The notes: generated from the sequence alone by a model not told the origin. DNA of 60,802 bases, filler included, from Dehalococcoidia bacterium (GCA_040882355.1; 6 parts of 6 records of this genome joined end to end with filler, not necessarily neighbours in it); one strand, 5' to 3'; shown: positions 10,605 through 21,413, counted from the whole stretch's first letter. Numbers and translations are program-made.

Positions 10605-11060
10605 TCATATTGGACGAGGCCTTCTCATATAGGCATGCACTTCGCCGTAGCAGAAGGGGAGGAGTCCCTCGAGATCGCGCTCCGAGTTGTGCTCGATGTC
10701 CTCCCACTGGCCTAGCTTGCTAGTCCATCTTCCGCTTGGGAGCTGCAACGCGGCGTGGCTAGGGCCCTCGATGGGATGAACATAGATCGCTCTCCTCTCG
10801 TAGCCTTCCTCGAGAGTGCCGTCATGGCAAACGCTGTATCCCCTCGTTGCGAAGGCATCTATGAATGACTGGATGTCGCCATCGTCTCGTAGGGCGCCGG
10901 GAGGCCAATACTGAGTCGGCCACCACCAGCCCGTGTCTTCGCCTGCTGCCCAAGCGATGCAATTGTACTCGTCGGACTCCTCGCTTGTGATCCGATGGTT
11001 ACTTCGTGACAGGGAAGGAAAGGCCACCAATCTGGCAGAGCGGAGCTTGTGGTGGCTCAT
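10605..11060 (-). CDS. Hypothetical protein with Cys/His papain-like motifs
   Basis: YNCIAWAAG...HAALQLPSGRWTSKLG; ATGA overlap with the upstream ORF; lower GC than flanks. Confidence 0.7.
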   Translation of the reverse strand: MSHHKLRSARLVAFPSLSRSNHRITSEESDEYNCIAWAAGEDTGWWWPTQYWPPGALRDDGDIQSFIDAFATRGYSVCHDGTLEEGYERRAIYVHPIEGPSHAALQLPSGRWTSKLGQWEDIEHNSERDLEGLLPFCYGEVHAYMRRPRPI

Positions 11061-11509
11061 GCTGCGATGTGGCCACGACTGGCGCCCCAGCGGAGCCAAG
11101 CGGCCTTCATCGAAGGTATGTTTCCGGCTTCCTCATCAGCCACTGGCGACTCGTTCGTAATCGCTCGCAAAGCCCAGTACCATTGTCCGCCGCGCTCTTG
11201 TAGTTCTTTCAGGATCAACGGGATCGCGGGCGCGCCCAGCCCGATGATCCTCTGATACGCCGGGTGCATTGCTATCTGCCTCGGCGAGGACAAGTGTCCT
11301 GTTTCCTCGTACCATCGATTCGCTAGGCCTTCGAATTCGTCGTGTAGAGGATCAGATTTCCTGAAACCGGGCAAGCGCAGAGTTCCCGCTGTTGTCTCCA
11401 TGGCGACATGGAGAATACCAACGGCGTTTTTCCCGGCAGGCGAAATGTGCATTAGCACGGGGGCGGTCCCGCGAGTGTGGCGCGAGTCAACTAGCTTCGG
11501 CATTTCCAT
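11057..11509 (-). CDS. Conserved hypothetical helical protein
   Basis: WYEETGHLSS...MHPAYQRIIGLG...WYWALRAIT; coupled to the downstream gene. Start uncertain. Confidence 0.7.
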   Translation of the reverse strand: MEMPKLVDSRHTRGTAPVLMHISPAGKNAVGILHVAMETTAGTLRLPGFRKSDPLHDEFEGLANRWYEETGHLSSPRQIAMHPAYQRIIGLGAPAIPLILKELQERGGQWYWALRAITNESPVADEEAGNIPSMKAAWLRWGASRGHIAA

Positions 11510-11805
11510 CCCCTGTATCAGCGCCCTTCGTTGTGAACGTCGTGTTTGGATCCGACCGCAGTTCCTCAGCGATCGCTAGCCGCGCGTTGAGCCAGTCGCG
11601 CAACGACCGGGCCACGTCCAGAGACATGATGGCCTCTACCTCGATCTCGCGTATCCATTGGTTAGATGGATTCGGCTCTTGCTCTCGAGCTATCTTCGCG
11701 GCAACGTCAAGGACAAAAAGGGTGGATTCGGGAGGCTTGTTGTGTTCCGAATACAGCGCCATGTAGACGTTCAATTGTGGCGTGATGCCGCCATATGCTC
11801 CGTCG
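11487..11805 (-). pseudogene. 5'-truncated conserved hypothetical gene (DUF3467-like)
   Basis: DGAYGGITPQ...YSE...REIEVEAIMSLDVARSLRDWL; the N-terminus is replaced by an antisense fragment of another gene. Confidence 0.5.
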
Positions 11806-11906
11806 CCGCGGGAGTGGTCATCGCGTCGCAACAAATCGTCGCTGAGCTCGGCGGCACGGTCTTCCTGGGCGAGCTGGGCCTCGACGGCACCGTGCGGCAC
11901 GCGCGC
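11802..11906 (+). pseudogene. Internal fragment of a YifB/ComM (Mg-chelatase-like) gene
   Basis: VAAGVVIASQQIVAELGGTVFLGELGLDGTVRHAR matches the GELxLDGxVR segment; no start or rest of gene. Confidence 0.6.
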
Positions 11907-12235
11907 CCTGCCACCTCCCCCTCCGCGGTCTCCCAGTCGCGCCCTACCCTAGAGGCGACAACCCGGCGAGGGCCTGCGCCCCAAGTGCGGGGGCTCGAGA
12001 TTCGCACGCCAAAGGGAGATCCTGCCATGACGGCCAGAAAAGGCCATTTTGCAAAACGAACTGCCATCTTTCGGGGAACTTGCCCTCAAGCAGCGCGAAA
12101 GGGCGGAGGGGCCTTGACCCGCGACCCCTGACCCTCGACCCGGGCGGTGCGGGGATCCGGGGAGACTCCTTGACATATCGACCCGCACACCGCACCATAC
12201 CAAGGCACATCTCGATTCCCGAAAGGAGCGCACCC

Positions 12236-13357
12236 ATGGCAGAGAAGGGTAAGGCCGCCGTCTTCCTCGGCCCCGGCAAGGGCTACGAGATCCGCGAGTT
12301 CGACGTACCCGACCCGGAGCCCGAGGCGATCGTGATCAAGGTCTCGATGGGCGGCGTCTGCGGCTCCGACCTGCACATCTGGCGCGGCGACTCGCCTGTC
12401 TTCGCCGCCATGGCCGGCCAGGTCGTCGGGCACGAGATGACGGGGCGTGTCGCGAAGCTGGGCGCGAACATCAGCACCGACTCGCTCGGCCAGCCGCTCA
12501 AGGAAGGCGACCGGGTCTGCTACGCCTACTTCTACCCCTGCTATCGATGCTACCAGTGCAACAAGGCCGAGTACTCCGCCTGCCCGACGAAGCTGCTGCG
12601 CATGGGCCCCAGCGTCAGCCAGTTCGCCGGCGCCTACGGCCAGTACTACTACCTGAAGCCCGGTCACTGGGTGTTCAAGGTGCCCGATGAGCTCACCGAC
12701 GAAATGGTCACGCCCGTCAACTGCGCCCTCTCGCAGGTCACCTTCGGCCTGCGCCGGGCCGGCCTCCAGATGGGCGACACCCTGGTCGTCCAGGGCGCCG
12801 GCGGCCTCGGGACGAACGCCTGCGCCGTCGCGAAGGAGATGGGCGCCGACCAGGTGATCGTCATCGATGGCGTGCCGGGCCGGCTGAAGCTGGCGAAGCA
12901 GTTCGGGGCCGACCACACGATCGACCTGAACGAAGCGAGCACGCCCGAAGCGCGCGTCGCGAAGGTGATGGAGCTCACCGGCGGGCGCGGCGGCGACGTC
13001 GTCGCGGAGCTCGTCGGGCTGCCCGCCGCCGTGCCCGAGGGCCTGGCGATGACGCGCTCCGGCGGCACCTACCTGGAGATGGGCAACATCAGCTTCGGCT
13101 CGTCCGTCGCCATTGACCCGTCGAGCCTCGTCTGGGGCACGAAGAAGATCGTCGGCGCCGTCATGTACGACCCGTGGGTGATCCCGGAGGCGCTCGACTT
13201 CCTGGTGCGCACAAAGAACAAGTACCCGCACCAGGAGGTCGTCTCGCACGACAAGTACAAGCTGGAAGACATCAACAAGGCCTTCGAAGAGGCCGAATGG
13301 CAGCGCGACGGCGCCAGCGCCACCAAGGTCCACCGCGCCGTCATCATCCCGGACTAG
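12236..13357 (+). CDS. Zinc-binding alcohol dehydrogenase (MDR family)
   Basis: VCGSDLH, GHE, CxxCxxC...C structural zinc site, QGAGGLG; AAGGAG RBS. Confidence 0.92.
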   Translation: MAEKGKAAVFLGPGKGYEIREFDVPDPEPEAIVIKVSMGGVCGSDLHIWRGDSPVFAAMAGQVVGHEMTGRVAKLGANISTDSLGQPLKEGDRVCYAYFYPCYRCYQCNKAEYSACPTKLLRMGPSVSQFAGAYGQYYYLKPGHWVFKVPDELTDEMVTPVNCALSQVTFGLRRAGLQMGDTLVVQGAGGLGTNACAVAKEMGADQVIVIDGVPGRLKLAKQFGADHTIDLNEASTPEARVAKVMELTGGRGGDVVAELVGLPAAVPEGLAMTRSGGTYLEMGNISFGSSVAIDPSSLVWGTKKIVGAVMYDPWVIPEALDFLVRTKNKYPHQEVVSHDKYKLEDINKAFEEAEWQRDGASATKVHRAVIIPD

Positions 13358-13526
13358 CATTGCTTGTGGGACAGGCNNNNNNNNNNNNNNNNNNNNNNNN
13401 NNNNNNNNNNNNNNNNNNNNTTAATTAATTAANNNNNNNNNNNNNNNNNNNNNNNNNNNNNNNNNNNNNNNNNNNNGCGCTGTATCCCAGACGTTAACTT
13501 GACACCAGTCGTGTTGGTGGGTTACA

Positions 13527-13539
13527 TGAATGACATTCA
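13527..13539. promoter_or_regulatory. Palindromic operator, probable TetR autoregulation
   Basis: TGAATG-A-CATTCA perfect palindrome between TTGACA (13499-13504) and the TetR start codon. Confidence 0.6.
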
Positions 13540-13542
13540 GCT

Positions 13543-14157
13543 ATGCCTGCCACCACCCCTCCGATCACCAGCGAAGAACGGCGCAAACGCCAGAAATCGG
13601 CCCGCCGCGAGGCGATCCTGAGCGCCGCTCGCAAGGTGTTCGCCCGGAAGGGCTTCGATGGCACCACTATCGCCGACGTAGCCCGCGAGGCGGGCGTGGC
13701 TTCGGGAACCGTCTATCTCTACTACCCCTCGAAGCTCGATATCTTCGCCGCCCTCAACGCGCTTCTCTTCACCGTCATCAACCATGCGTTGCAGGAGGCG
13801 CCCGCGCCGCCTGACCTTCACGGCGGCACTCGCGCCCGCATCCACGGTGTCTTCGACGCGTGTAGCGAGCACCGCGACCTCCTCCGTCTCGTCTTTCTCA
13901 ACCCGGATCCGCGCACAGAGGTTGCCCGCAGCATGCGCAAGGCGGACGAAGAACGCCTCCGGCCGCTTGCCGAGCTGCTGGGGACAGGCATGGAAGCGGG
14001 CGTCGTCCGCGAGGGCGACCCCATGCTCCTGGCGCGGATGATCACCGGTCTGGTGACGTACGCCTTACACCTCTGCTTCGTCCAGTCGGATGGCCGCGAC
14101 GTGGAGGCTTACGAAGAAACCGTTACGCAGATGGTGATCGGCGGACTCACGCCGTAG
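13543..14157 (+). CDS. TetR/AcrR family regulator
   Basis: REAILSAARKVFARKGFDGTTIADVAREAGVASGTVYLYYPSK. Confidence 0.92.
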   Translation: MPATTPPITSEERRKRQKSARREAILSAARKVFARKGFDGTTIADVAREAGVASGTVYLYYPSKLDIFAALNALLFTVINHALQEAPAPPDLHGGTRARIHGVFDACSEHRDLLRLVFLNPDPRTEVARSMRKADEERLRPLAELLGTGMEAGVVREGDPMLLARMITGLVTYALHLCFVQSDGRDVEAYEETVTQMVIGGLTP

Positions 14158-14224
14158 TAGCGTGCTGAGCGAAGTCGTTCCGGGCGCCTCGCGAGGCGCC
14201 CGGAGTCGTACGTGGGACAGCAAC

Positions 14225-17200
14225 CTACTCGTAGCGGAGCGCCTCGGCAATCGGGACGCTGGCTGCCTGGCGGGACGGGACAAGCGTCATCAGCAGCGTG
14301 GCGGCCAGCGCGAAGACCCCAATCGTGGCGATCTGTGCCCAGGGGATGATCACCGCGGTGATGCCGCTCGTTTCGAACTCCTCGCTGGTAAGCAGGAACG
14401 TCGCGAGCAGCACGGCCAGTCCAATGCCGGCCGCGACGCCAAGCAACGAGATAAACAGCGACTCGATGGCGAAGCTGATCGCGACCGCTCCGCGAGTGAA
14501 GCCGACCGCCCGCAGCATGCCGATCTGCTGCCTGCGCTCGACCACGGAGCGGAAGGCAACGACACCCACCGCCGCAATCCCGACGAAGAGTCCGAGCCCT
14601 GCGAAGGCCTGCATCAAGTAGAAGAAGCTGTTGAATAAGGCTGAGTCCTCTTCCCTGTCCTTCTTGAGCGAGCTCGCCTGTGCGCCGCTCGTAAGCAACG
14701 CCGACTCGATGTCCGCTGCCACGGCTTCTGCCTGATCCGGGTCCGCCAGGCTCACATAGTAGTTGCTGGACTCTGCCTCGCCGAACACCCTGTTGACCAT
14801 GTCCAGGCTCGTGATCAGCCCGAAGAAGCTGGAGGACGGATCGCCGCCGCCGCTCGCGCCGGTGTTGAGGATGCCGATTACCTGCACCGGCTCCGTGTTG
14901 CCGCTGGCGCTATCGCGTACCTCGAGCGTGATCGAGTCGAACGTCGTCACGTCAGGTTCGAGCCCCTTCATTCGGAAAAAGTCGCCAGCGCCGAAGTCGA
15001 AGAAGTCGCCGCCGAGGGACAGGACATCGATGACGGCGAGGCTCGGCTGCTTCGCGATCGCCTGCCAGACCTCGCCGTCGTTGGCGTAGCCTTCGGCGCG
15101 CGCCTGGAGCGGTAGCGTAGTGTGGTCGAGGAAGGGTTCGTTCGCCCCCTTCACCATATAGACCCTGAACTCCTCGTCGTCAGTGCAGTCCACTTCATCC
15201 GGTTGGCACAGCTCCGCGCCGAAGAGCGTCGCTATGCCGATGGACCCGATGGCATCGAAGTCGCTCGTGTCGGCTGGCTCCTCACTGGTCTCCAGCGCCT
15301 CCTCAAGCCCTCCGGCGAGCGGATTGTTGGAGTTCTCGCGCACCTCGACCTCCCAGCCGCCGAAATTCTCATCGTTCAGGAAGACCTGGTCAAAGTTCGT
15401 GTTCATCATCGACATCATGGTGAGCGCAAACACCACGAGCGCGATCATCGCCAGCGTCATGCCGGTGCGGAACTTGCTCGCCAGCGGGTACGCCACGGCC
15501 ATGCGAAACGCCGGCAGCAGGCGGCCCAGGCGGTTGCCGGCCAGGCTGACCACGGCCAGCAGTAGGTCGGCGTTGTAGACCAGCACGTAGCTGGCGGCGG
15601 CGACCATCATGATCCCGCTGAGCACAAAGAGCTCGGGGCCACCGTTGAGGTGCGTGAGCCCTGGCACGCGTCCACCCGCCGCGGCCGCCCAGAAGATCAG
15701 CAGAAAGATGCCGATCGCAGTAAACGACAGCCGCTCCGGCAGGCGCGCCTGTCGCGAAAGCATGCCGGCCGCGAAGCAACCGATGCCCAGTCCCAGGCCG
15801 AACAGAAAGGCGCTGCTGGCCGGAAATGCTACCCAGATGAAAAAAGCGGCTACCGGGATCAGCAGCAGCGCCACGATCAGTCCGCGACCGCTCGGGCGCG
15901 CCGTGGGCTCCGGGATATCGCGAATCGCCCGCACGATATTGAGCCGGCTCACGCGCCACGAGGAGAAGCTGACGGTGAGAAACGTCAGCACGACTCCTAA
16001 GGAGTACGAGATGATGAGGCTGCGCGCCGAGACGTACGGTTCGATGCTGAAGCCGGCGTCGGTGCCTGCAAACACCTGCGCCAGGACTCCGACGAGGGCG
16101 AACGCGACCGCCACTCCCAGCGCGACGCCCACAAGCGCCGAAATGAGGTTGTAACCCATGCCCTCCGATAGGAAACTCTCCACCAGGTGCCAGCGCTTCG
16201 TGCCCAGCGCCCGCGCCATGCCCAGTTCCGACTTCCGTTCAGCGGCGAGCATGACGAAGATCATAACGATGAGCAGGATGCCGGCGGCGATCGAGAACAT
16301 GCCGAAGATGAGGAAGAACGTCATCATCGCATTGCCCGCAAGCTCGGCCTGGTCCAGGCTCTCCGCCTTGGTCACGGTGATTCCGAGTTGAAGGTTGTCC
16401 TGCTCGACGATCTCCTCGATCCGCGCTTCGACATCGTCGGTCCGGGAGACGCCCGTGCGGGTGTCTCCCGTGTTGGAGATGAGGATGATATCGATCTCGT
16501 CCGGCCTGCTGAACATTTGGCGGACTGTAGCGAGGCCTGCGACCATGCCCTCGTTGTCGTCGCCACCAAAGGAGCCGCTGATGCCCCGGTCCTGCACGAT
16601 AGCGGAAACCTCGATCGGATAAGGTTGGTTCTCATAGCGGACCGTGAGGATGCTCCCGGTGACGGTATTCAGTTCGTCGGCGAGACTCTTGTTGATGAAG
16701 ACTTCGTTTGCGGTGACATTCGTGCCCACGGGCAACCCCATGTCCTCCGCCAGCGCTTCGTCCAGCGTCACGGTCTCCCGCCCTAGCGCGGCCACGTCCA
16801 GGAGGTTGCCCTGGTCGTCGGTGAGGTCGGGGAAGCTCTCGAGACGGGTCTCGTCCAGGCCGAGGAAGTTCACGCTCGGGGCGCTCTGTCGTTGCTCCGG
16901 GTCGATCACGACGACGTCTTCCGCGATCGCCGGCATCCTCCCATCGATGATGTCCTCGTCGCCCTTCAGCTCCTCATCGAGGGTCTCGAACGCGGAGAGG
17001 GGGATGCTCACGTCTGGTGCCGGTGTATCGCCCTGGCTCTCAAACGCCACGAATTCGTCGACGTGGCCAAACAGCCGGTAGATCTCTTTGGTCACGCTGT
17101 GGTCGACGGTGTCACCGGTCGCGAACGCTGCTGAGATGATCAGCGTGCTGAGCATGAGGCCAACGATGATCAACACCGTCTGCGCAAGCCGGCGCGGGAT

Positions 17201-17332
17201 GTTTCGCACGCCTATGGCGAACATGATCCGGTGGCGCAAGACGACATACACAACCGTGCAGAGGCTGATGCCCAGCAGGATGAGCATCGCCACAAGGACC
17301 GCGTTCATGGAGAGGCCGAAGAGGCTGTCCAT
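14225..17332 (-). CDS. FtsX/MacB-like ABC transporter permease (two repeats)
   Basis: Two FtsX motifs (ERKSELGMARALG, ERRQQIGMLRAVG) with large extracytoplasmic domains. Confidence 0.9.
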   Translation of the reverse strand: MDSLFGLSMNAVLVAMLILLGISLCTVVYVVLRHRIMFAIGVRNIPRRLAQTVLIIVGLMLSTLIISAAFATGDTVDHSVTKEIYRLFGHVDEFVAFESQGDTPAPDVSIPLSAFETLDEELKGDEDIIDGRMPAIAEDVVVIDPEQRQSAPSVNFLGLDETRLESFPDLTDDQGNLLDVAALGRETVTLDEALAEDMGLPVGTNVTANEVFINKSLADELNTVTGSILTVRYENQPYPIEVSAIVQDRGISGSFGGDDNEGMVAGLATVRQMFSRPDEIDIILISNTGDTRTGVSRTDDVEARIEEIVEQDNLQLGITVTKAESLDQAELAGNAMMTFFLIFGMFSIAAGILLIVMIFVMLAAERKSELGMARALGTKRWHLVESFLSEGMGYNLISALVGVALGVAVAFALVGVLAQVFAGTDAGFSIEPYVSARSLIISYSLGVVLTFLTVSFSSWRVSRLNIVRAIRDIPEPTARPSGRGLIVALLLIPVAAFFIWVAFPASSAFLFGLGLGIGCFAAGMLSRQARLPERLSFTAIGIFLLIFWAAAAGGRVPGLTHLNGGPELFVLSGIMMVAAASYVLVYNADLLLAVVSLAGNRLGRLLPAFRMAVAYPLASKFRTGMTLAMIALVVFALTMMSMMNTNFDQVFLNDENFGGWEVEVRENSNNPLAGGLEEALETSEEPADTSDFDAIGSIGIATLFGAELCQPDEVDCTDDEEFRVYMVKGANEPFLDHTTLPLQARAEGYANDGEVWQAIAKQPSLAVIDVLSLGGDFFDFGAGDFFRMKGLEPDVTTFDSITLEVRDSASGNTEPVQVIGILNTGASGGGDPSSSFFGLITSLDMVNRVFGEAESSNYYVSLADPDQAEAVAADIESALLTSGAQASSLKKDREEDSALFNSFFYLMQAFAGLGLFVGIAAVGVVAFRSVVERRQQIGMLRAVGFTRGAVAISFAIESLFISLLGVAAGIGLAVLLATFLLTSEEFETSGITAVIIPWAQIATIGVFALAATLLMTLVPSRQAASVPIAEALRYE

Positions 17333-17334
17333 TG

Positions 17335-18075
17335 CTAGCTTCCCTTCAGACGCTCTTCATCGACGATCAACCCGTCCACCATCTGTACGATGCGGTGCGT
17401 GCGCGCGGCGACACCGCGGTCGTGGGTGACGATGACGAAGGTCTGGCGGTTCGTTTCATTGAGATCGCACATGAGGTCGATGATCTCCTGGGCGTTCGCG
17501 CTGTCCAGGTCGCCCGTCGGCTCGTCGGCCCAGACGATGGCCGGATCGTTTACGAGCGACCTGGCGATGGTGACGCGCTGCCGCTGGCCGCCGGAGAGCT
17601 CGCCGGGTCTGTGCGTCGCCCACTCAGCGAGGTGGACGAGCTCAAGCGCCTTGATCGCGCGCTGGCGCCCGGCCTTCGCGCCTACGCCAGACACCAGCAG
17701 CGGAAGCTCGACGTTCTCGACGGCCGAGAGCACGGGCAGGAGGTTGTAGAACTGGAAGACGAAGCCCATCCGCTTCGCCCGGTATTCGGAGCGGGCGTTG
17801 TCGGACATGGCGTTGATGTCGACGCCCTCGATAAGCACGCGCCCCTCGTCGATGACGTCGAGGCCGCTCAGGCAATTGAGAAGGGTAGTCTTGCCGCAGC
17901 CGGACGGGCCCATGATCGCTAGCATCTCCCCGCGTTGCACGCTGAGCGAGACCCCGCGCAGCGCCCGCACCTGCACCTTACCGGTGTCGTATGTCTTGAC
18001 CAGGTCCGACGCCGCAATGACGGTTTCGTCGACGCTCGGTTGGGCGGTGGGGGGCTGCGGAGTTGTGGTCGTCAT
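17335..18075 (-). CDS. ABC transporter ATP-binding protein (LolD/MacB-like)
   Basis: [30 protein letters not shown]. Confidence 0.95.
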   Translation of the reverse strand: MTTTTPQPPTAQPSVDETVIAASDLVKTYDTGKVQVRALRGVSLSVQRGEMLAIMGPSGCGKTTLLNCLSGLDVIDEGRVLIEGVDINAMSDNARSEYRAKRMGFVFQFYNLLPVLSAVENVELPLLVSGVGAKAGRQRAIKALELVHLAEWATHRPGELSGGQRQRVTIARSLVNDPAIVWADEPTGDLDSANAQEIIDLMCDLNETNRQTFVIVTHDRGVAARTHRIVQMVDGLIVDEERLKGS

Positions 18076-18203
18076 GGGACCTCCTTGCGTGAGGCGTCCT
18101 TGCAGGCTACCGAACAGCGAAGCGCGAGGTCAAAGCGCCCGACCGAGAGCGACCGTGCGGTAAGAAGCGCATGGTAGAATGCGCGCGAGCCACGGAGGGC
18201 GCC

Positions 18204-18734
18204 ATGACCGACGAAGCGACCACGCCGCCGCCAGACGAGCGCGCCAGATCGGAAAAGCCGGAGGCGACGATCAACGCCCAGAGCGCGCTGCGTCTGCTGC
18301 TGGTGCTGCTGGCGATATGGACCTTCTTCTCCGGGCTGGCCCTCACCTTCTTTCAGGATGCCGCGGCCGCCACCATCGGGGGTGGGCTGGGCGGTGGCGA
18401 GGGATCGGCCGCTCAGCGCCTGCTGGGCGTGCAGTTGCTGGTGCTGGGCCCCGTGTACGGGATGCTTGCCTGGGAGCCGCAGCGTTTCCGCCCGCTCCTC
18501 TGGGCGCCGTACGCGGCCCAGGGAGGCATGGTCGCGGTCACGCTCTTCGACATCGCCAGCCGCGACCGCGACTTCTCGGATGGTGTCCTGCCGCTCATCG
18601 TCGCGACGTTCTTCTTCGTGATGCTGGTCTACGTGACGTTCGCCAGCCAGCGACAGGAACCAGAGGACGAGGCGGATGTGGTTGCGCCGCCCGAAGGGGG
18701 CGAAGGGCCGCCAGAGTCCGCGCCAAGCACGTAA
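18204..18734 (+). CDS. Hypothetical membrane protein (about 4 TM)
   Basis: Four hydrophobic segments; GGAGG RBS before ATG 18204. Confidence 0.7.
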   Translation: MTDEATTPPPDERARSEKPEATINAQSALRLLLVLLAIWTFFSGLALTFFQDAAAATIGGGLGGGEGSAAQRLLGVQLLVLGPVYGMLAWEPQRFRPLLWAPYAAQGGMVAVTLFDIASRDRDFSDGVLPLIVATFFFVMLVYVTFASQRQEPEDEADVVAPPEGGEGPPESAPST

Positions 18735-18743
18735 GAGGCCGAG

Positions 18744-19295
18744 ATGCCGACACGCGACGAGTACCTGCAGCAGCCCCCGCCTGAGCGGCTCTCCCGCCTG
18801 GCGCGCACGCCGGACGATCTTGCTGCGGCGATCGATGCGCAAGGCGATGCGACCCTATCGCGGCGATCCGCCTTCGACGGCTGGTCGGCCAGGGACGTCA
18901 TCTGCCATCTGCGCGATGTCGAGGAGCTGAGCATTCTCCGCTTTCACCTCATGCTGGCGTCGGACGACCCGAAGGTCTTCGTCGTTGGCGCCCCGCCGCC
19001 CGATGGGGAGCGCTGGGGCATCGGCGGCGACGTGCCCTTCCCGCTCGACCCCGAGCGCTGGGTCGAGGAGCGGCAGTATGACCGCAGCGACGCGGCGCTG
19101 GCGCTCGCGGCGTTTCGCCGGCGGCGGGGCGAGGCCCTGGCCTTGCTCGACAGCCTCTCGCCCGGGCAGTGGCAGCGCGGCAGCATCCACCCGGAGCGCG
19201 GTCGCATCACCTTCGAGGAGTGGACCGCTGGCATCGCCTCGCACGACGACAATCACCTGGAGCAACTTCGGCGGGCGTTAGCAGCGCAGAGCTAA
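18744..19295 (+). CDS. DinB family protein
   Basis: WSARDVICHLRDVE ... HDDNHLEQL His triad. Confidence 0.88.
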   Translation: MPTRDEYLQQPPPERLSRLARTPDDLAAAIDAQGDATLSRRSAFDGWSARDVICHLRDVEELSILRFHLMLASDDPKVFVVGAPPPDGERWGIGGDVPFPLDPERWVEERQYDRSDAALALAAFRRRRGEALALLDSLSPGQWQRGSIHPERGRITFEEWTAGIASHDDNHLEQLRRALAAQS

Positions 19296-19308
19296 CGAAC
19301 GGTCACCG

Positions 19309-19452
19309 CTAGCTATTCGTACTCAGTCGCCCTTTCGCCCACCGCCCCGCTTGTTCCGCTGCCTTCGAGAGCAGCTCGCCTGCCCGTTCGATCGCGTCCT
19401 CTGGTGAGGCCAGGTCGGGCGTAAGCGCGACGACGGCGTCGAACTGGCCGGC
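19309..19452 (-). CDS. 3' end of a probable glycerate kinase (partial, contig end)
   Basis: FDAVVALTPDLASPEDAIERAGELLSKAAEQ resembles the GlxK C-terminus. Confidence 0.45.
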   Translation of the reverse strand, partial: AGQFDAVVALTPDLASPEDAIERAGELLSKAAEQAGRWAKGRLSTNS

Positions 19453-19553
19453 CNNNNNNNNNNNNNNNNNNNNNNNNNNNNNNNNNNNNNNNNNNNNTTA
19501 ATTAATTAANNNNNNNNNNNNNNNNNNNNNNNNNNNNNNNNNNNNNNNNNNNN

Positions 19554-19927
19554 CGCTCGAGCTGATCGGCGATGTTGCGGGCGACCAGGTAGGCGTCCAG
19601 CTCCGGCATGCGGATCTCGCTGATATTGACCCGGATCCGCTTTCCGGTGAGCGTCTCGATCTCGTTCCGCAGCTCGTCCACCTTCTGGCCACCGCGGCCG
19701 ATGACGATGCCCGGCTTGGCCGTGTGGATCGTAACCGCCACCTGGTTCGCGTTGCGGTCGATCTCGACCTTCGAAACGCCGGCGTCGCGCATGCGCTTGC
19801 TGATGAACTGGCGGATCACGAGGTCTTCCTGCAGGAGCTTGCGGTAGCCGGTGTCGGCGAACCACTTGCTCTGCCAGTCGTAGATCACGCCGATGCGGAA
19901 GCCGGTCGGATGTACTTTCTGTCCCAC
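19554..19927 (-). CDS. rpsC: 30S ribosomal protein S3 (3' end truncated)
   Basis: [14 protein letters not shown] domain [12 protein letters not shown]. Confidence 0.97.
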
Positions 19928-19928
19928 G

Positions 19929-20267
19929 CTATCCCTCTCGTTCGTCCACGATGATCGTAATGTGGCTAGTGCGTCGCTGGTAAGGATGTGCCCGGCCACG
20001 CGGCGCCGCTCGAAAGCGCTTCAAGCGCCGGGCGTCGCCCGCGTAGGCGCGCTTGACGTAGAGGCTGCCGGTGTCCATGGCGTAGTTGTTCTCCGCGTTG
20101 GCCGCGGCCGACTTGACGATCTTCGCGACCATCCGCGCGTGCGGCGATACCATGAACTGCAGCGTCCCGAGCGCGTCCGGCACGGACTTGCCGGGGAGAT
20201 GCTCCAGCACCAGCCGCACCTTGCTGGGCGCGACCCCGGCGAATCGATGGGTAGCTTTCACCTCCAC
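19929..20267 (-). CDS. rplV: 50S ribosomal protein L22
   Basis: [10 protein letters not shown]...RGRA...RTSHITI; S10 operon order. Confidence 0.96.
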   Translation of the reverse strand: MEVKATHRFAGVAPSKVRLVLEHLPGKSVPDALGTLQFMVSPHARMVAKIVKSAAANAENNYAMDTGSLYVKRAYAGDARRLKRFRAAPRGRAHPYQRRTSHITIIVDEREG

Positions 20268-20270
20268 CGG

Positions 20271-20561
20271 CTACGTCCTCCGCACCTGTGTCGTGCGCTC
20301 AGAACGGCCGGTGTGGCCACGAAAGTGACGCGTCAGGGCAAACTCACCCAGCTTGTGGCCCACCATGTTCTCGGTGATGAAGATGGGCACGTGACGGCGG
20401 CCGTCGTGCACGGCGATGGTTAGCCCCACCATCTGGGGCATCACCGTGCTGGACCGCGACCAGGTCTTGATCACAGCGCGGTCGCCGGAGCGGCGCACGG
20501 CCTCCGCCTTCTTCAGCAGCTTCGGGTCGATGAACGGGCCCTTCTTCGTTGAGCGTGACAT
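20271..20561 (-). CDS. rpsS: 30S ribosomal protein S19
   Basis: SRSTKKGPF...MVGHKLGEF. Confidence 0.98.
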   Translation of the reverse strand: MSRSTKKGPFIDPKLLKKAEAVRRSGDRAVIKTWSRSSTVMPQMVGLTIAVHDGRRHVPIFITENMVGHKLGEFALTRHFRGHTGRSERTTQVRRT

Positions 20562-20576
20562 AGCTAATCCGATGCC

Positions 20577-21404
20577 TTACGCATTGCGCCTGCGAACGAT
20601 GAACTTGTCCGATGGCTTCCTACCGCGCGTACGATAGCCCATAGCCGGCTTGCCCCAGGGCGTCTTCGGGCCCGCCATGCCGACGGGCGCCTTCCCTTCG
20701 CCACCGCCGTGCGGGTGCTCGCGCGGGTTCATCGCCGCGCCGCGTGTCTGCGGGCGGCGTCCCTTCCAGCGCGAGCGCCCGGCCTTGCCCAGCTTGATCA
20801 GGCTGTTCTCCACGTTGCCGACTTGACCGATAGTCGCCACGCAGCGCGACGAGACGCGGCGCATCTCGCCGGACGGCAGGCGCAACAGGCTCTGCTCGCC
20901 CTCCTTGGCGACGAGCTGGGCCGACGCGCCGGCGCTGCGCACGATCTGCCCACCACGGCCAGGCTGCAGCTCGACGTTGTGCACCACCGACCCGGAGGGC
21001 ATGTTGGCCAGCGGCATCGCGTTGCCGGGCTTCGGCTCCGCCTCCGGGCCTGCCTCGATGACGTCTCCGACTTTCAGGCCGGCCGGCGCCAGGATGTAAC
21101 GCTTGTCGCCGTCGCGATAGTGGATCAGCGCGATGCGCGCCGTCCGGTTCGGATCGTATTCGATCGCGGCGACCTTGCCGGGCACGCCGATCTTGTCGCG
21201 CTTGAAGTCGATGTCGCGCAGGCGCCGCTTCGCACCACCACCGCGATGGCGGACCGTCAGGCGGCCCTGGTTGTTCCGTCCCGCCTGCCGCTTCTTGGCG
21301 GCAGTCAGGCCACGCTCCGGGGTCTTCTTCGTGACCTCCTCGAAGGTGAAGCCGGTCATGCCTCGACGGCCGGGGGAGGTGGGTTTGAATTGCTTCGTTG
21401 GCAT
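20577..21404 (-). CDS. rplB: 50S ribosomal protein L2
   Basis: [22 protein letters not shown]. Confidence 0.98.
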   Translation of the reverse strand: MPTKQFKPTSPGRRGMTGFTFEEVTKKTPERGLTAAKKRQAGRNNQGRLTVRHRGGGAKRRLRDIDFKRDKIGVPGKVAAIEYDPNRTARIALIHYRDGDKRYILAPAGLKVGDVIEAGPEAEPKPGNAMPLANMPSGSVVHNVELQPGRGGQIVRSAGASAQLVAKEGEQSLLRLPSGEMRRVSSRCVATIGQVGNVENSLIKLGKAGRSRWKGRRPQTRGAAMNPREHPHGGGEGKAPVGMAGPKTPWGKPAMGYRTRGRKPSDKFIVRRRNA

Positions 21405-21413
21405 CGTTTGCCT

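Noticed and set aside
12114..12142. GACCC heptamer-spaced mini-repeat upstream of the alcohol dehydrogenase
   Set aside because: Only four degenerate units; similar to the common intergenic heptamer repeats, with no further support for function.
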